Source: Phoronis australis (taxonomy: Eukaryota; Animalia; Phoronida). Taken from it: a DNA stretch of 64,000 nt. Shown piece after piece: positions 24,601 through 39,600 of the stretch. The stretch spans positions 8,914 to 72,913 of the forward strand of contig NMRA01000638.1 in assembly GCA_002633005.1 (NCBI GenBank). The letters run 5' to 3'. Positions within the stretch are counted from its first letter, which is position 1; each line of letters opens with the position of its first letter. The notes beneath the pieces are model-generated. The model did no database searches and was not told where the DNA came from. It saw only the letters and a list, made by a program, of their open reading frames with translations. The translations under genes and the position numbers were made by a program.

Positions 24601-27600
24601 ACGCAGTCGCTCCAACTGGAACAGTCATTAGCACTTCTCAATATTACTATTACCATTACCATTCCTATTATTATTGCTACTGTTATTACTATCATTACTA
24701 TTATTATTATGATCTATCAGTGCCAACAGCATTCTTATAACAGCAATTTTAGAGTCAATATTCAACTATACGCAAAAGCTCAAAACCATGAAGGGAGGTT
24801 CACAACAAAATTTAACAAATTTGAATCAAGTAATTAGAAAAAATCTTAATCACATAAAAATGATAATACACATACAAAACAAGACATCATTTGTCAGAAA
24901 GGGTACCAATTTTGATACAGTACAGGAAACATAAATCAAATTATTTTTGTATCTCCTGATCTTACGGTGCAAAGTAGCTCTGATGTTACTCCGAAGCACT
25001 CAGAACTGAAAGGACACATGGATATGCATAACCCTGGACAGATGCACAAAATGTGATGGACAGATACACTACTCAATCACATCCACTTTACCTCTTTCTG
25101 GTACTCCAGTGCATCCTGCAAGACACGCCTCCTGTCCATGGCCATGAGCCAGACCTGACGCCACTTAATAAACAGTGCGCCCACTCGTGGGTTCTTGAAC
25201 TGAGGCTCGGGTGTGGCTGTTGAGGATCGTCTTGACTCAGGCCGGTGCTGACTACAAATGGGAGACAACGATGCGTGTATAGAGACTTTGAATGCATTTT
25301 GTCTACACTTAAGCAAACTAACACATTTGACGATAGTTTTTAACAAGAGCAACACGGAGCATTGAAATGTGCCCACGAATGCATCGCAAACAGTGTGCTT
25401 TTAGAGTTGTTTATTTGTATCGTAAAAATGGCCACTAGATGGCACAAAAACAAACAATACATCCGAAAACGAGAACATTTCATTGCTTCTTTAATAGAAA
25501 GTTAAACACCAATTTTCATAGAAATCCATTATGGAACTTCAGAGAAACAAAGGAAAAAAGAATAAAATGAAATTGCCACTAGGGGGCACACTGTTCATTG
25601 GATCCACCTAAAAGTCGTAATTGTCTGTTGTTAGCTTCATATAAATACACTTACAAATTAAATTTAATAAAGATCCTGGCGAGGGTTTAAGAGATACAGA
25701 TGCCCGTATTCAAAATTATATGAAAATCCGTTAAGGACCTTTGAAGTGAACACAAAACTAAAATTGCTACCAGGGGGCACCCCAGTAGTCAGATCCATCC
25801 GAAAATCGTCATTGTTCATTGTCAACATCATATAAACACACTTCTTAAATTTACAGGGCTTGGAATGACCAATGACAAAAAACGCGGAAACTTTTACGGC
25901 CCAAATCATGCGCGCTACCCAGCCTTGAAATGGTCGATGTGAACTTTTCCCCAACAAAAATCGGGAGTACTAAAAAAAAAATGTTACCACCATCAGTAGC
26001 ATGCGTCTGCGTCCTTTTAGGTCGTCCGTCCACTCCCAACCCACACATTTTTGGCTGCAGAGCCGTAGTATTTGTCGCCGCAATTTACAATAACACGAGA
26101 CGCCATTGAAAATCCCACCACGCTATCCCAGATGCCCCGGCAATGTTGACAATTTACGTTCCTCCGAAACATAAAGAGCAACTTCCGCTTTTCGAGGTGA
26201 ACGTCGTCTGCAATGCCGCGGTAAGAAAGGAATTTTGCGCGGAAATTTTATATCAAATCTGATTTTTTTACGCGGAAATATAATAAAATGCGTGGACAGA
26301 ACATTTGAAGAAAGCGGAAATCCGCGTTTCCGCGGAAAATTCCACGCCCTGAATTTAGTAAAGATTGTACAAACGGTTTAGGAGATACAGCCATGGGCGC
26401 AAAAAACGAAACTGCCACTAGGAAGCGCCACAGTAGTCGAAGTCATCAAAAAATCATCGTCACCCCCCACTCATAGTAAAACACACATGCCAATTTTCAC
26501 AATTATCCAGAAAGTGGTTTGGTTGACGGAGGGGTGGACGCCAAAAAACAGATTAAAAAACAGTAAAAATATCCACCAGGTGGCGCAAACTAGGTCGAAT
26601 CCATCTGAAAACGGAAAGATAGCCTCAACTCACTAACAGAAGACTATACACGAAATTTTATGAAAATACATTGAGGCAAACGAAAAAACAAAATTGCCAC
26701 TAGGTGGCACACCAGTAGTCAAATCTGTCCGAAAGTTGTTGTTGTCCGTTGTCATCATCATATAAATGCACTTACTAAATATAGTAAAGATCCTGCTAAT
26801 GGTTTAGGAGATATAGCGATAGACACAAAAAACAAAACTGCCACTAGGAGGCGCCACAGTAGTCAAAGTCGTCGGAAATCATCGTCAACCGTTCTCTTTA
26901 TAGACCCTATAAAGCGAGGCTCACTGCATTAAACAAAGCAAAAGTAGACATTGTGTGAGTTACATAGCCGGTCTTTCGAGTCCAACCTGGATATTAAATT
27001 TTAATGATGTGTCAACAATTAACCACAGAGACGTAGAAAATTACATTATAGAACAAGTTAAGGCGCCAAAGAGTTGTCTGACGAAAGGGTTTAATTTTTT
27101 TCGGAAAACTAGGTTCGAAACATGAAAAGTAAATATGACCAAATTGTGGCGATCGTAGTGTTACGGATTAGGTATTATGCTGAATGCAGGGTTACGTTTC
27201 TTCTTGTAAATTGTTGATCAAAATACTTTCTACGCGGACCAGGTCATCTGCTCGTATTGTTGACGAGTTGAAGACATATTCGACAGTGGTGGCTGTCATG
27301 TGCAATTAGTCACATCTGGTTTAATTTGTTGATCAAGAATATCAACATGATGCATAGCCTGATCCTATGCACTCACTGGGTCTAACAGTTGATTTGTCAT
27401 TGATCTGAAAGAATAATTGATGTTATTAAATATATATTTTATTAAAATAAAAAAACCAGGCTCGTAATTGAAAATAAAAATTATTTGACCATCAATTCTG
27501 CTTTCTTGGTTGTAATAATTCTTACGTCTATTTCATGTGTTAGATTTCAAATATCAATCTGGACCAAGTTGAATTTTAAAATTAAAACACCTAATTTGTT

Positions 27601-30600
27601 CGTCCAAAACATAACCTCGTTTTAGAACTCAATTTCAATTAACTGGACAATGCAATCATAGTTATCATGTTTCTGCAGGAGCCTCGTTCATCCGAGGTGA
27701 AAGGTGCCAGTGCCTACTGAGAGGCGATTTTTTCGCCGAGTGAGGGCGGAAACAATCTACCTCCCGATCACCATCAGTAGCACCCCCGCCCTGTTGCAAG
27801 CTCTCATAGGCTCTGTCTCAATTTAAAGTAGCCTTTTGTGCTCTTAAAAATTGTCACCTGTGTGGTTACAGGTGATGTGAACTCAGAGAGATTTTTCACT
27901 AGGCGAATTTTTATGCCTCGTGGGGGAATTTCGCGTAATATTTCAATATTTTTGAGAGGGGAATAGGGCCGATATTGGGCCCCAAATTTGAGGGATTGAG
28001 GGCCCTGTCCTTTTTAGAAAGAAAAATTATGTTTCAACCTGTAGCAGGGGCGGATCCAGGATTTCGAGTTGGAGGGGAATGCAGGGGTCTTGAATTCTTG
28101 GGTTTGCAGACCTATTGACTAAAAAAAAGAAAAGGTAAACGGGGTTCATTCAGCGCCTATGCGTTGTTTATTCACCCCCCAAGACGCCCTGGTTGCGCAC
28201 GTGTGCTAGTCAGCAATTCGCACCCAAACTCAAAAGTGGGATCTGATACAATTTTGGGGGGGGGCATGGAACCCCCCCTAAATCCGTAGTCATGAAAGCA
28301 CAGCCTGGATGGCCCATTCTTTGGTCGTTACTATGATGCTTGACAACTGACTGAGATGCGACAAAATATGATCTAACTTTTCGAAAACATTACACGGACA
28401 CATTTTGCTTCGTCCCAGCGTATGGCAATGACCCAAAACTTCCGAATCTCAACGTCTTTAGCGACTGTAAAGCAGACAGTTGCGTGTCCGTATTTTTTCT
28501 ATCCGTTCGCGGAACAAGACGGACTGAAACACAGAACTATGCTGATAAGCTAACAGAGCTATCGTAATGAGCCTCGTTTTGGAACGCGCCTCCTGTCGGC
28601 GTGAATAGGGTCTATAGTGAGAACGAACATGCCAATTTTCACAATCATGCTTCGAGTGCTTTGGTTGATAGAGGGGTGGATGCTAAAAAACAGACGCGAA
28701 AACAGTAAAAATGGCCACTAATATTGCAGTACACTAAGAAATGACTGAGTGAACTCTGAGTGAACTCATAAGTTGATTAAAAATGTCAAACTACTGAAAG
28801 CTCACTAGTTCAGCTTCACTGTCAAGTCTTCCATCAGCAGAGAAAATTAATCACACTTCGTTCATGAGAAAAAAAATGTACAAAGTCATTGCACAGAACC
28901 TCTCCATAATGTAGTTGATTCAACCAAACAAAATCCCAAATATAATGAAGCAAATGATCAAAGCTGCGCAGCATGTACCCAGGTTTCGGCGTGATGCTCC
29001 TTCGTGCCAACCGGTCCAAACTCTGTTGTGAGCCGTACATGTCAGAGTCTACTGACTGCCGTCGCTGCCTCATTTGTTTGGTGATCATCTCAAACTGAGG
29101 CTGCTTGCCAGACATGTCTTGTTCAAACTCCTAGAATACATTAACACCAATAATGCACATTTGTAATGGAGAAGAATGAAATTTAATTTCTCTGCATTTA
29201 CTTTGACTGAACTGGAAATATCATCGGCTTGCAATTTTGGATCCATACAAGAGTTTTCCACAACCCGTCTTGTTTAATATTGTAAGAAGTTTCTTGTCCT
29301 ACAACTTAAGAGAGATTATTTAAATTGCCAAGTTAACAACAAAACTTTCTTGATAATGCAGAACTAGGATATCCACCAGGCGATCTTTGTTCACCTTTCA
29401 AACATCCATTACTGTCACAAGTATCTCAATGCTTATTCGTGACCGTAACAAATCTCTAATTAATGAAATACCATATTCGCCGTAATAACTGCCCATGCCC
29501 CTATAAGCGCCCCCCCCACGCGTTTTCAGACTTTGCTAAAATCAGCACCCAGTCCACGAACGTGTATGTGTGAAAAATGCCTTACCTACATTCCTAGAAT
29601 TCTACAGTAACGTCTTCAATTTATCAATAATAAAAAAAATCATTGTGCGCAGAGTTTGTAGGCCACGAGCCTTGCCGCTATGTCGGTATTTTACCGTGGC
29701 TATACACTTCAAACTTCCGCCATGCCTCAAAACAAACACAAAAGTTCTGCTGATATTGCGAGGACCAATGGTCTGGCCTTTCAGAACAGAAGTAGTGTAC
29801 TTGTCTACGGGATTATTTTGTAGATATTTTCCGCTTTCAACAGCAATCTCTTTGTAGGCCTACACGTGAAAACCGTGAATCAAAGACTAATAAAAAGCTT
29901 GGCCGGTGTTAAAAGCACGTGGCCAGGAAGCGCGTGCTACATACATGAACCTGTCATCAGACATTAGTTGGGAACTATCCATTGATGGAACGGGTAGCAC
30001 AGCATCGACAAGACATGAATATTAGCACTACTTTCCGATAGTTTCTAATACTATAAAAAATTTTTGCGTTATTTTTAAGATGAATTGTTTGATTAACCAT
30101 AACTGGTGTTTTTAAGCCAAATATCCGATAAAATGACCACTGACAGTGAATGCTTACACACCCTTACACTGAAAAATAGCTGTTGGATAGTCACGTACGC
30201 ATCCAGCCACACATCGACTAATATGGCCTTACCGAGACAAATGTCGAACGTTTTTAGGACACGAAACTGGCAAGTGCTGAATGAAACATGCTCTGGTTTA
30301 GGCCTACTGCTTGCGCAAATTTCTTTAGATACAATACACATCTGTTAAATTGCGTGGCTCTGGCCACAAGACGGTATCTGCTCTGGCAAATGAACTCTGG
30401 AGACACGCACGCGCTCGCTTACTCACAAACGCAGACAACTTCAAAACAAACGTCACGTGACAACAACAGCTGTATTCGTCCAGACATTTTTCTCATGTTG
30501 CCGATCATAGATGGCACGATGTAACACAGATTTGTACTTAGAACTGCTGTGATTCCGACTCCACGAGAACTTAAAAATCTCAGGGATGCTACTTGGAAAA

Positions 30601-33600
30601 CTTAAGGAGGATTTCAGGTAATTTGCTTGAGTCGAAACTGTATTTTTATTCAAGCATTCAAGTCGCCATATCGATGATTGCGAGGCAGGCAGTCGGAAAG
30701 TTTTCGCCCTGGGATTTCAGCACAATTTTCTGTAAAATGATCATAATTTAGCAGCAAAGTTTGATAGCAAAGCACCTCGCTTTTGTAGAAAGTCTTTCAT
30801 AGATTACAGATACGTCACAGAGCGTAAATATGATGACTCTTAGCTTCCGATTTCACCTGTTTCGGAGACCGAGTTTCAACGGCCTTGGGTTATAATAAGC
30901 GCTCCTCTGAAACGAACTTTTCTAAGCGCCCTGGGCGGTTATTACGGTGAATACGGTACACAAAATTATGACAGATGACCATTAACAAATTAAGAGGCAG
31001 TCCATATAAAAACCAGTAGATTTTCAAAAATCAGTCTATACGTCAAAATTTAAAACAACTTCATTTTTTGTACATGGGTAGGTATCCTAACAAAAACCCA
31101 AATCCCAAATTTTGTGCACTCAATGACCCCTAATTTCGCCGCTGGAGCATGATAACACAAAATGGCACAATTGGGCATATTAGCCGTCTCAAAAATCGCA
31201 TGTTTTCAGCAACAAAAATGAGTAACATACAAAATAGATCAAAAGCTATATTTTGGTGGCTTAAATAACCAACGTATACTGTGCATAATTCTGNNNNNNN
31301 NNNNNNNNNNNNNNNNNNNNNNNNNNNNNNNNNNNNNNNNNNNNNNNNNNNNNNNNNNNNNNNNNNNNNNNNNNNNNNNNNNNNNAACCCTTATCCTGCT
31401 AAGCCTCTATTCAGACAACTTTCCCTGTGTGCTAAGCTAAGTAGGTCACCACTGCTGCTATGCACTGGGCTGTTATGAAGGTCACTCAGATTAATGACCT
31501 AACATTTTTAAATTGGAAATTTGAAGGGGTAATGTCAATTTCACATAAAAGTAGTCTGCACAAAAGTTGTTCAGAATTTAATGGAGTTTTTCACCATATA
31601 CATATCTTTACCATCGTCTTGCTGTGAATAATTCTATTAACTTTCAAACTGGACACCCTTTGTTTTTATCTGTTTTCGCACATGAGAACATTATAGCTGA
31701 CACTCAAAAACCGTAATAAGCATTTTTAAAAGGGAATTCATGGGATTTGCATGTTTAACAAAGCAGATTTATTGTTTGTAACATCACATCTACAAACAAG
31801 AATGTACAGTATATAACATAGGGCCTACCTCAACTTTGCACGATAACAAATTTATGAGTGGTGCAGTCGCTTGCTAAAGTCTATTTTGAAGTTCACCTTG
31901 ATATGCAAAAACTTGAAACACGGGTGGGGACACAAAGCTATTCTGTGAAAAAGTCACAAAAATATCTAGTTCTGAATGAGTTCCATGCGCGAAGGGCGTG
32001 AGCCAAGCATCGTCGTAGGCCCGTCCAAGTTCAGCTTCAGGGACCGGTAACTCCTCCAAAATTGCACTGAGATCCGAATCGACAGAATCTGCATTACTTG
32101 TGACTGTTGTATTAGTTTCCCAGTCACTGTCACCGTCACTTTGAGTGCCAATTTCAGCTTGTTTTCACTATCTGAGTCCATGAACACTTCCTCAAGAAAC
32201 TGGTCAACAGTCATCTTACCACGTTTGGCACCAGCCAAGATAAAACTTGCGTAAACTTTCAAATATCTCGGCAATAACTCACCACAGCCATATGTTGTAA
32301 ATCAGAAAAATGTACAGGAAACTATGGACTGTGGAATGCGCATGCTCACATATATAAACAGCATACGGGGCTTTCACAATTTCTGAATGAAAAACACCAG
32401 AGTCCTGGGGTGAGTACACCCTCCTTGCGCAGTCTAGCGGTAGCTTATTATAGGCGATTGAGTACACCCGACGCATTTTAGTAGGATAATTGGCTTGTCG
32501 GCTGACCTCGCCTAGCGCAGGATAAGGGTTAAATTATTCAGCCACTGCGCTTTCAATTCGTATTATTCATTTGTTTTGACCTTACCATACATGCTAGTAA
32601 AATGCATTCAAACATGCCTACTTCGACGCCCAATTTTGTTGCAAAATGGAGGTACAGGTCATAAAAAGAAAAATAATGAATGAAAATTCTTAAAAAGTGA
32701 GGTTTTTCTACATCTCAACAAACCAAACTCATGCGCTAAGTTTCAAACAAATCTGTGATTTTGGGTATAGACTCTACCTGTTGGTTTTTATATGGAGTCA
32801 CTCTTAAGCTATTTGACACTTTCAAATCTTTTATCCATAGGCAAACAACAATGCAGAAAATACCTAGTTGTCAACAGAAGACTCTTTTCATCATTCGTCC
32901 ATCACAGCAACATACCTGGTGTTCCTCCATCAGTTTTAATATGACTGGAATGCCTGCTGGAATTTCATCCTGCTCCATTGCTGTCAATGTGGCCTCAGCA
33001 CCTGTCAACCATACCATCAGCTCTTCAAGGAGGGCACTGCTGCTGCGCGTACTTGACAAAGTCTCGGATAACTTCTGCTCTCGCTGGCTTGACCAGTTAG
33101 TTACCTAGCAAAACAAGAATTGCATGAAATGACAAGTCTTGAAAATTAAAGAGCCAAAGGAATAATAATACTATGACTGAAATGACAAGACTTTACAATT
33201 TAATAACAACTGTTAATGAACTGGTCGATGATTTTAACAACAGAAATCTTTGCTAGAGATACAAAAACAGTTCAGGAAATAACTAGCTTTCAACGAAAAA
33301 GATCTACCGTAACTACTTTTTTTGTGATAGCATTTAGAAAATTTCCAAGAAATGACCATCAGACTTATCAGACTTGTTACTAACCATTACTTCTGTGACT
33401 GAAGATAAAACAAAACGTACCGAGAGTGGCGTAGATGAAGTAATATCCCACAAGACATTATTCCGCGTATTATTACATGGAATAATGTTGAGTGGGGTAT
33501 TACTTCATCCACGCCAATCGAGTTACTTTGAATTCCTAAGTTTCTTTCATTTTTTTCAGCAGATTTTATAATACTTCACTCAAGACTGTTCACGTGGCGG

Positions 33601-36600
33601 ATCACATCCTATATTATGTACTTGCACGTTAGGTTGCAAGTCTTCTCTAGTAAAAAAAAATTTTAAATGTAATGATTTATAACTTGAAAAGAGATAACAA
33701 AGATGAAAAGGACGGAAATTGTGCATTGAACTTGTAGCATCTAAAAAGAGTTAAATAACATTTGATATTGTAGTTACCGAAGAATAGGCACCTGAGTTGC
33801 TGATGATATAATATTAAGCAATTGAAAACTGAGACGGAACTGTCATATAATTAACAGTGCTGTTCCAGATGTTCAATTATGACCTGATTGCATGTCGAGT
33901 GTTATCTACACTGCTGCAATTGCATTACTTTAAACTATTTTTGGAAAGTTTGATGATCAAACCGGGTAACGAAGTTGAGTCGACATTGACCTACCTTTTG
34001 AACTTTGCATGTCAGAGGTCACTGTTGAAGTAATGCGGCAGGTGAATACAGAAAACATTATTACCTGGCCGTATTGCACCCGACTGATTCAACGCGTATG
34101 TGAAAAATAAGTGAACTTGCCTTGAATGCGTAGATAAAGCACTAACGAATATTCGTCAGCCATGACACATTTACAAAGCATAGTTAAACAGTTCAGTATT
34201 AAGACCTTGGTACACTGGCACAAGCAAATGACTGGTAGAGAAAGCTAATCTACCCTGAACTTAAATTTCACACAGACAATGAAAACATGCTATAGTATTG
34301 CAAGCTAATACTTACATCCTCCCACCTGGCTTTCAGTATAGTCAGCCAGTGTTTCATAGGGTTCCTGGCATTAGGATGGCACTGGCGTAGTATATCTTGT
34401 CCTAGTTCCAGGGCCTCAGACAGGTCAGCCTCTTTTCGGGCAATTTCTGCCTGTACATTCTTAAGGAAACAATATAAGACAGATTAAAAAACCAGCACTC
34501 TGACCACTGTGTGCTAACAGGTGACACACAACCACAACAACCCTTTTTGTATTGAAGAAAAGAATATTACAATGCGCCCACGAATGTATCGCAAATGGTG
34601 TGCTTTTAGGGTTATTTGTATCATAAGAATGGCCACTAGATGGCGCAAAAATGTACAATCCATCCAAAAACGGGAACATGCCATATTTCACGAAAATCTG
34701 TCAAGGAACTTCTCAGAGAAACAAAGGAAAACAACAAAGTGAAATTGCCACTTGTGGGCACAGCGTCCGTTCCATCCGCCTGAAAGTCGTCATCTTCATA
34801 AAAATTCACTTACTAAATTGATTCATTAAAGATCCTGCAGTGGGTTTTGAAGATACAGCTGTGGGCGCAAAACAAATCAAAACTACCACTAGGAGGCGCC
34901 ACAGTAGTCAGTCACCATCATCAAACGTCCTCTTCGCACTGAAAACATGTATGCTAATTTTCAAAACCATCCCTAGAATGATTTGGTTGATCGAGGGGTG
35001 GAAGTCAAAAAGATTTGAAAACAGCAAAAATGGGCACCAGGTGGCGCAAAATAACTCAATTCCATCTAAAAACAGAATGATAGCGTCATCTCACCAACAG
35101 ATGCCTATAATCAAAACTTTATGAAAATCTGTTGAGGACCTTTGACGATACAGACTGGTAAACATAAAAACTAAAATTGCCACTAGGGGGCACACAAGAA
35201 GTCAGATCCGTCTGAAAGTACACTTGCTAAATTAAGTAAAGATCCTGCAAACGGTTTAATACATAAAGCTATGAGCGCAAAATCAACAAAATTGCACTAG
35301 GAGGTGCCACAGTAGTTGAACTCGTCGGAAAATCGTTGTAAGCCGTCCACTTCATAGTAAAAACATACATGCAAATGTCCACAATTATCCTGAAAGTCGT
35401 TTGGTTGATAGACGAGTGGACGCCAAAAACAGTAAAAATGGCCATTAGGTGGCGCAAACTAGGTCGAATCCATCTGAAAACGAAGAGATAGCACCACCTC
35501 ATTAACAGATGCCTGTATGCAGAATTTTATGAAAATACGTTGAAGCCCTTGGAACATACAGAGGTAAGTGTAAAAAAATAGAATTGCCACTAGGAGGCGC
35601 CACAGTAGTCCAAGTCGTCAGAAAATCATTGCCAGCCGTCCACTTTATAGTAAGAACATACATACCAATTTTCACAATCATCATTTGAGCGGTTTGGTTG
35701 ATAGAGGGGTGGACGCAAAAAAACAGACTCGAAAACAGTAAAAATGGCCACTAGGTGGCGCAAACTACGTCAAATCCATCTGAAAACAGGTGGATAGCAT
35801 CATCGCCCTATTGGTTGCTTATATACCAAATTTTATGAAAACCGTTCTGGACTTTTGAAGATACAGTGGGAAACGTAAAAAACTTAAGTTCGCTCATGCT
35901 GTTCCATCCACAGAAGGAACACATATGCAAAATTCATGAACATACGTTAAGGCATTTTGTAGATAGAGCAGCAGACGCCGGACGGAGATGACGGCATAAT
36001 GCGTCCACATACAAATATGGGGGCGCATTAAAATGAAATTCAAAATGTAAACACAAAAAAATTGAACTGATTTGCAATGAATATACCTCATGGCTTGCTG
36101 AAGGTGTCTGCAAAGAGAACGTTCCACATGCAACCTTTTGTAATTACCGTATTCGCTGTTATGAACACCCAAGGGGCTTAGAGAAATTCGCTTTAGGAAG
36201 GGGAGCGCTTATTATAGCCCAAAGTGGTTGAAACCCGGTCTCCGAAACAGGTGAAATCGTAAGCTAGAATTCGTCAAATTTACGCTCTGTGATACATCTG
36301 TAACCTATGACAAAGTTTCTACAAAACTGCAGTGCATTGCCATCAAACTTTGTTGTTAAAGTACGAGCATTTTTCTGAAATTCCCAGTGAGAAACCTTGC
36401 TGACTGATGCGTCTCTGCCTCGCGATCGCCAATAGGTCAACTTGAATTCTTGAGTAAAAATATAGTTTCGACTCGACAAATTACCTCCTTAAGTTTTCAA
36501 AATAGCAACCCTGACATTTTTAAGTTCCTGTGGAGTCGGGATTAACTGCATATTAAGTCCAAATCTGCATTAGATCGTACTCCGCAACACAAGAAAAATC

Positions 36601-39600
36601 CCTGGACGAACACACATGTTGTTGTAATGTGAAGTTTGTTTGCATGTTTGAGTGAGCGAGCGCACGCGTGTCATCAGAGTTCATTTGCCAGAGTAAACGC
36701 GATCTAACGATGTAGGTGTGCATTGTAACTAAAGAAATCAACACAAGAAGTAAAGCAAAAAGTGTTTTATTTAGTACTTTTTGATCTCATCTGCTAAAAA
36801 AACCTTCGAGAATTGTCTCGGGAAGGCTGATATTGAGTCGCCGGGTAACTGGATGCCTAAGTTATTTTTCGGGAGATTCGGGGAGTGTAAGGGTGCAGAA
36901 ATACGATACACAATGAGTGGGTTATTTTGGCTTTAAAAACAGCAATTACGATTAATTTAATAATTCCTCCTAAAAACAACGCAAATGTTTTTTTACTGTA
37001 TTAGAAACTTTCGGAAATAAGTGCCAATATTTATTTCTTGCCGATGCTATGCTACCTGTTTCACGAACAGATAGTTCCCGAAGACTAATCTTCAATGACA
37101 GGTACTTGTATGTAACACCCATTTCTTAGTCATGTGCTTTTAACAGGGCTTGGAATGACCAATGACAAAAAAGCGAAAATTTTTATGGCCCAAAACATGC
37201 ACGCACCCAGCCTTGAAATGGTCCATGTGGACCTTTTGCCTACAAAAATTGCGGAAATATATTAAAATACGCGGACAGAACATTTGAAAAAAGCGGAAAT
37301 CCGCGTTTCTGCCGAAAATTCCAAGCCTTGTTTTAACAAAGGTCAAGTTTTTATTGGTCTTCGATTCGCGGTTTTCACGTATACAAAGAAATTTGGATTC
37401 CTGTTGAGGGAGAAGATCTGTACAGGAAAGATACAATACAATCCCGTCGTCAAGTACGCTGCGTCTGTTCCGAAAGGCCAGACCATAATAGGACACGTCC
37501 CTTGCAAGATCAGCAAAGCTTATACGTTCTTCTTGATGCACAGCAGAGGTTTGAAGTGTATAGTCACGGCTAAATACAGACATAGGGGCGAGGCGCTTGG
37601 TCTACAAATTCCGTGCACTATCATTTTTTTCAGGACTGTTGGATCTTATGGATAATTGAAGACGTTACTGGAGAACATTAGAACTGTAGGTAAGGCATTC
37701 TTTGCATGTACGATGGTGTTCATGGACTGGGCACTTATTTTAGATAAGTCTGAAAACGCGTGGAGGGCGCTTGTAGGGGCATGGGCACTTATTAGGTCGA
37801 ATAAGTATTTATTTAGAACAACAACCTCAACTTCAAAATTGAAGCACTACTTTAGGTAGCCTTGATGCAAAACTGTATACTAAATACACAGTTTTGCAGC
37901 AATGTGGGTAAAAACTGACCAAATAAAAACTGACACAAAAGAAGTTCATAAAAAACTAGTCTTCCTTGAGTAAACAAAATTATTTACAGCAGTTGGAAAA
38001 ATTGGCAAAATTTTAGAAAGCGGCGCGTGTGTGTGTCACAAGCATAATGTTTTCAAAATGATGGCAGACTTTTGCTTGTTGCAAAAGGTGGAGAATTGTG
38101 CAAGAAAATGACGATTAGTTTTCACTTAAACGGCTGCAGAAGGCAAGGTGAGTGCCGCTCAGATTTTGTATGCACCCTAGGTGGTCATTAGCTTTACATG
38201 TTGATAAGTTTCACAACAAGGTGGCCAGCAAAACTACCCAGGCTGTGTTAAATTTTGCGGTGCCTAGCTGTATTTCGACGATAGTCTTCACACAGCTAGC
38301 TGGTTGGCTATAAGTTTAAAAACCGGACGATCGCCGCACAAAGAAAAAAGTTCATGTTCAATTCAACATGATCAGGATCATATTTACAACAATTTAGGAC
38401 AACAAGTGCCAACATACAGCTCAGGTAACATCTATAGAGTGAAGTGAGAGATACATAGAATATAGTCAGTAGCTGGTCATTATTTATAAAAGAAACTACA
38501 ACATTAGGTCACCAGACAGGATGTCGAGTAAATGTGGAACGTGGAAGGAAATCTTTAGACCAAGAGAATTCTTTGTTACTCACCCTGTGTTCATCCAACA
38601 TCTTCGCCAAGACTGGCTCTTCCTCTGGAATGGGCCCCTGGTACCGTAGCTGCATCTCAATGTCAGACAACCAATCCAAGAAACAATGAGTCATGCGGTA
38701 GAATTCTTCAGCCTGGGGAAATGCAAAACAATTGCTTTCATGTTTTTATTAACCGACAACCACATGAAAGCGAACACATATCAGAACAGTTCTTTTTTGT
38801 TATAAAAACCTGCTTCTATTTAATTTTCAAAAGAGTTAGTTGTGGCAGATTCTATTTCATCCAAAGCACAATCCACCCAGCCCCATCCACTCCTAGCCTC
38901 AACCCACCCAACACCATCTCATCTTAGACACAATCCACCTAGCCCCATCCACTCCTAGCCTCAACCCACCCAACACCATCTCATCTTAGACACAATCCAC
39001 CTAGCCCCATCCACTCCTAGCCTCAACCCACCCAACACCATCTCATCTTAGACACAATCCACCNNNNNNNNNNNNNNNNNNNNNNNNNNNNNNNNNNNNN
39101 NNNNNNNNNNNNNNNNNNNNNNNNNNNNNNNNNNNNNNNNNNNNNNNNNNNNNNNNNNNNNNNNNNNNNNNNNNNNNNNNNNNNNNNNNNNNNNNNNNNN
39201 NNNNNNNNNNNNNNNNNNNNNNNNNNNNNNNNNNNNNNNNNNNNNNNNNNNNNNNNNNNNNNNNNNNNNNNNNNNNNNNNNNNNNNNNNNNNNNNNNNNN
39301 NNNNNNNNNNNNNNNNNNNNNNNNNNNNNNNNNNNNNNNNNNNNNNNNNNNNNNNNNNNNNNNNNNNNNNNNNNNNNNNNNNNNNNNNNNNNNNNNNNNN
39401 NNNNNNNNNNNNNNNNNNNNNNNNNNNNNNNNNNNNNNNNNNNNNNNNNNNNNNNNNNNNNNNNNNNNNNNNNNNNNNNNNNNNNNNNNNNNNNNNNNNN
39501 NNNNNNNNNNNNNNNNNNNNNNNNNNNNNNNNNNNNNNNNNNNNNNNNNNNNNNNNTCTCATACTAGACACAGCATACCCAGTACCATCTCATCCAAGCC

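Larger units (their letters stand above)
25342..28720 (-). mobile_element. HINE family C copy carrying two nested DNA transposons
   Basis: Start aacaagagcaacacggagc; the array resumes seamlessly after the inserts at 26352 and 28614. Confidence 0.8.
36147..37805 (-). mobile_element. Family A-related element in the opposite orientation, with the best-preserved HIRAN-like ORF
   Basis: TA|CCGTATTCGCTGTTAT...TTATTAGGTCGAATAAG|TA; reverse-complement homology to 7345-8831. Confidence 0.82.
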
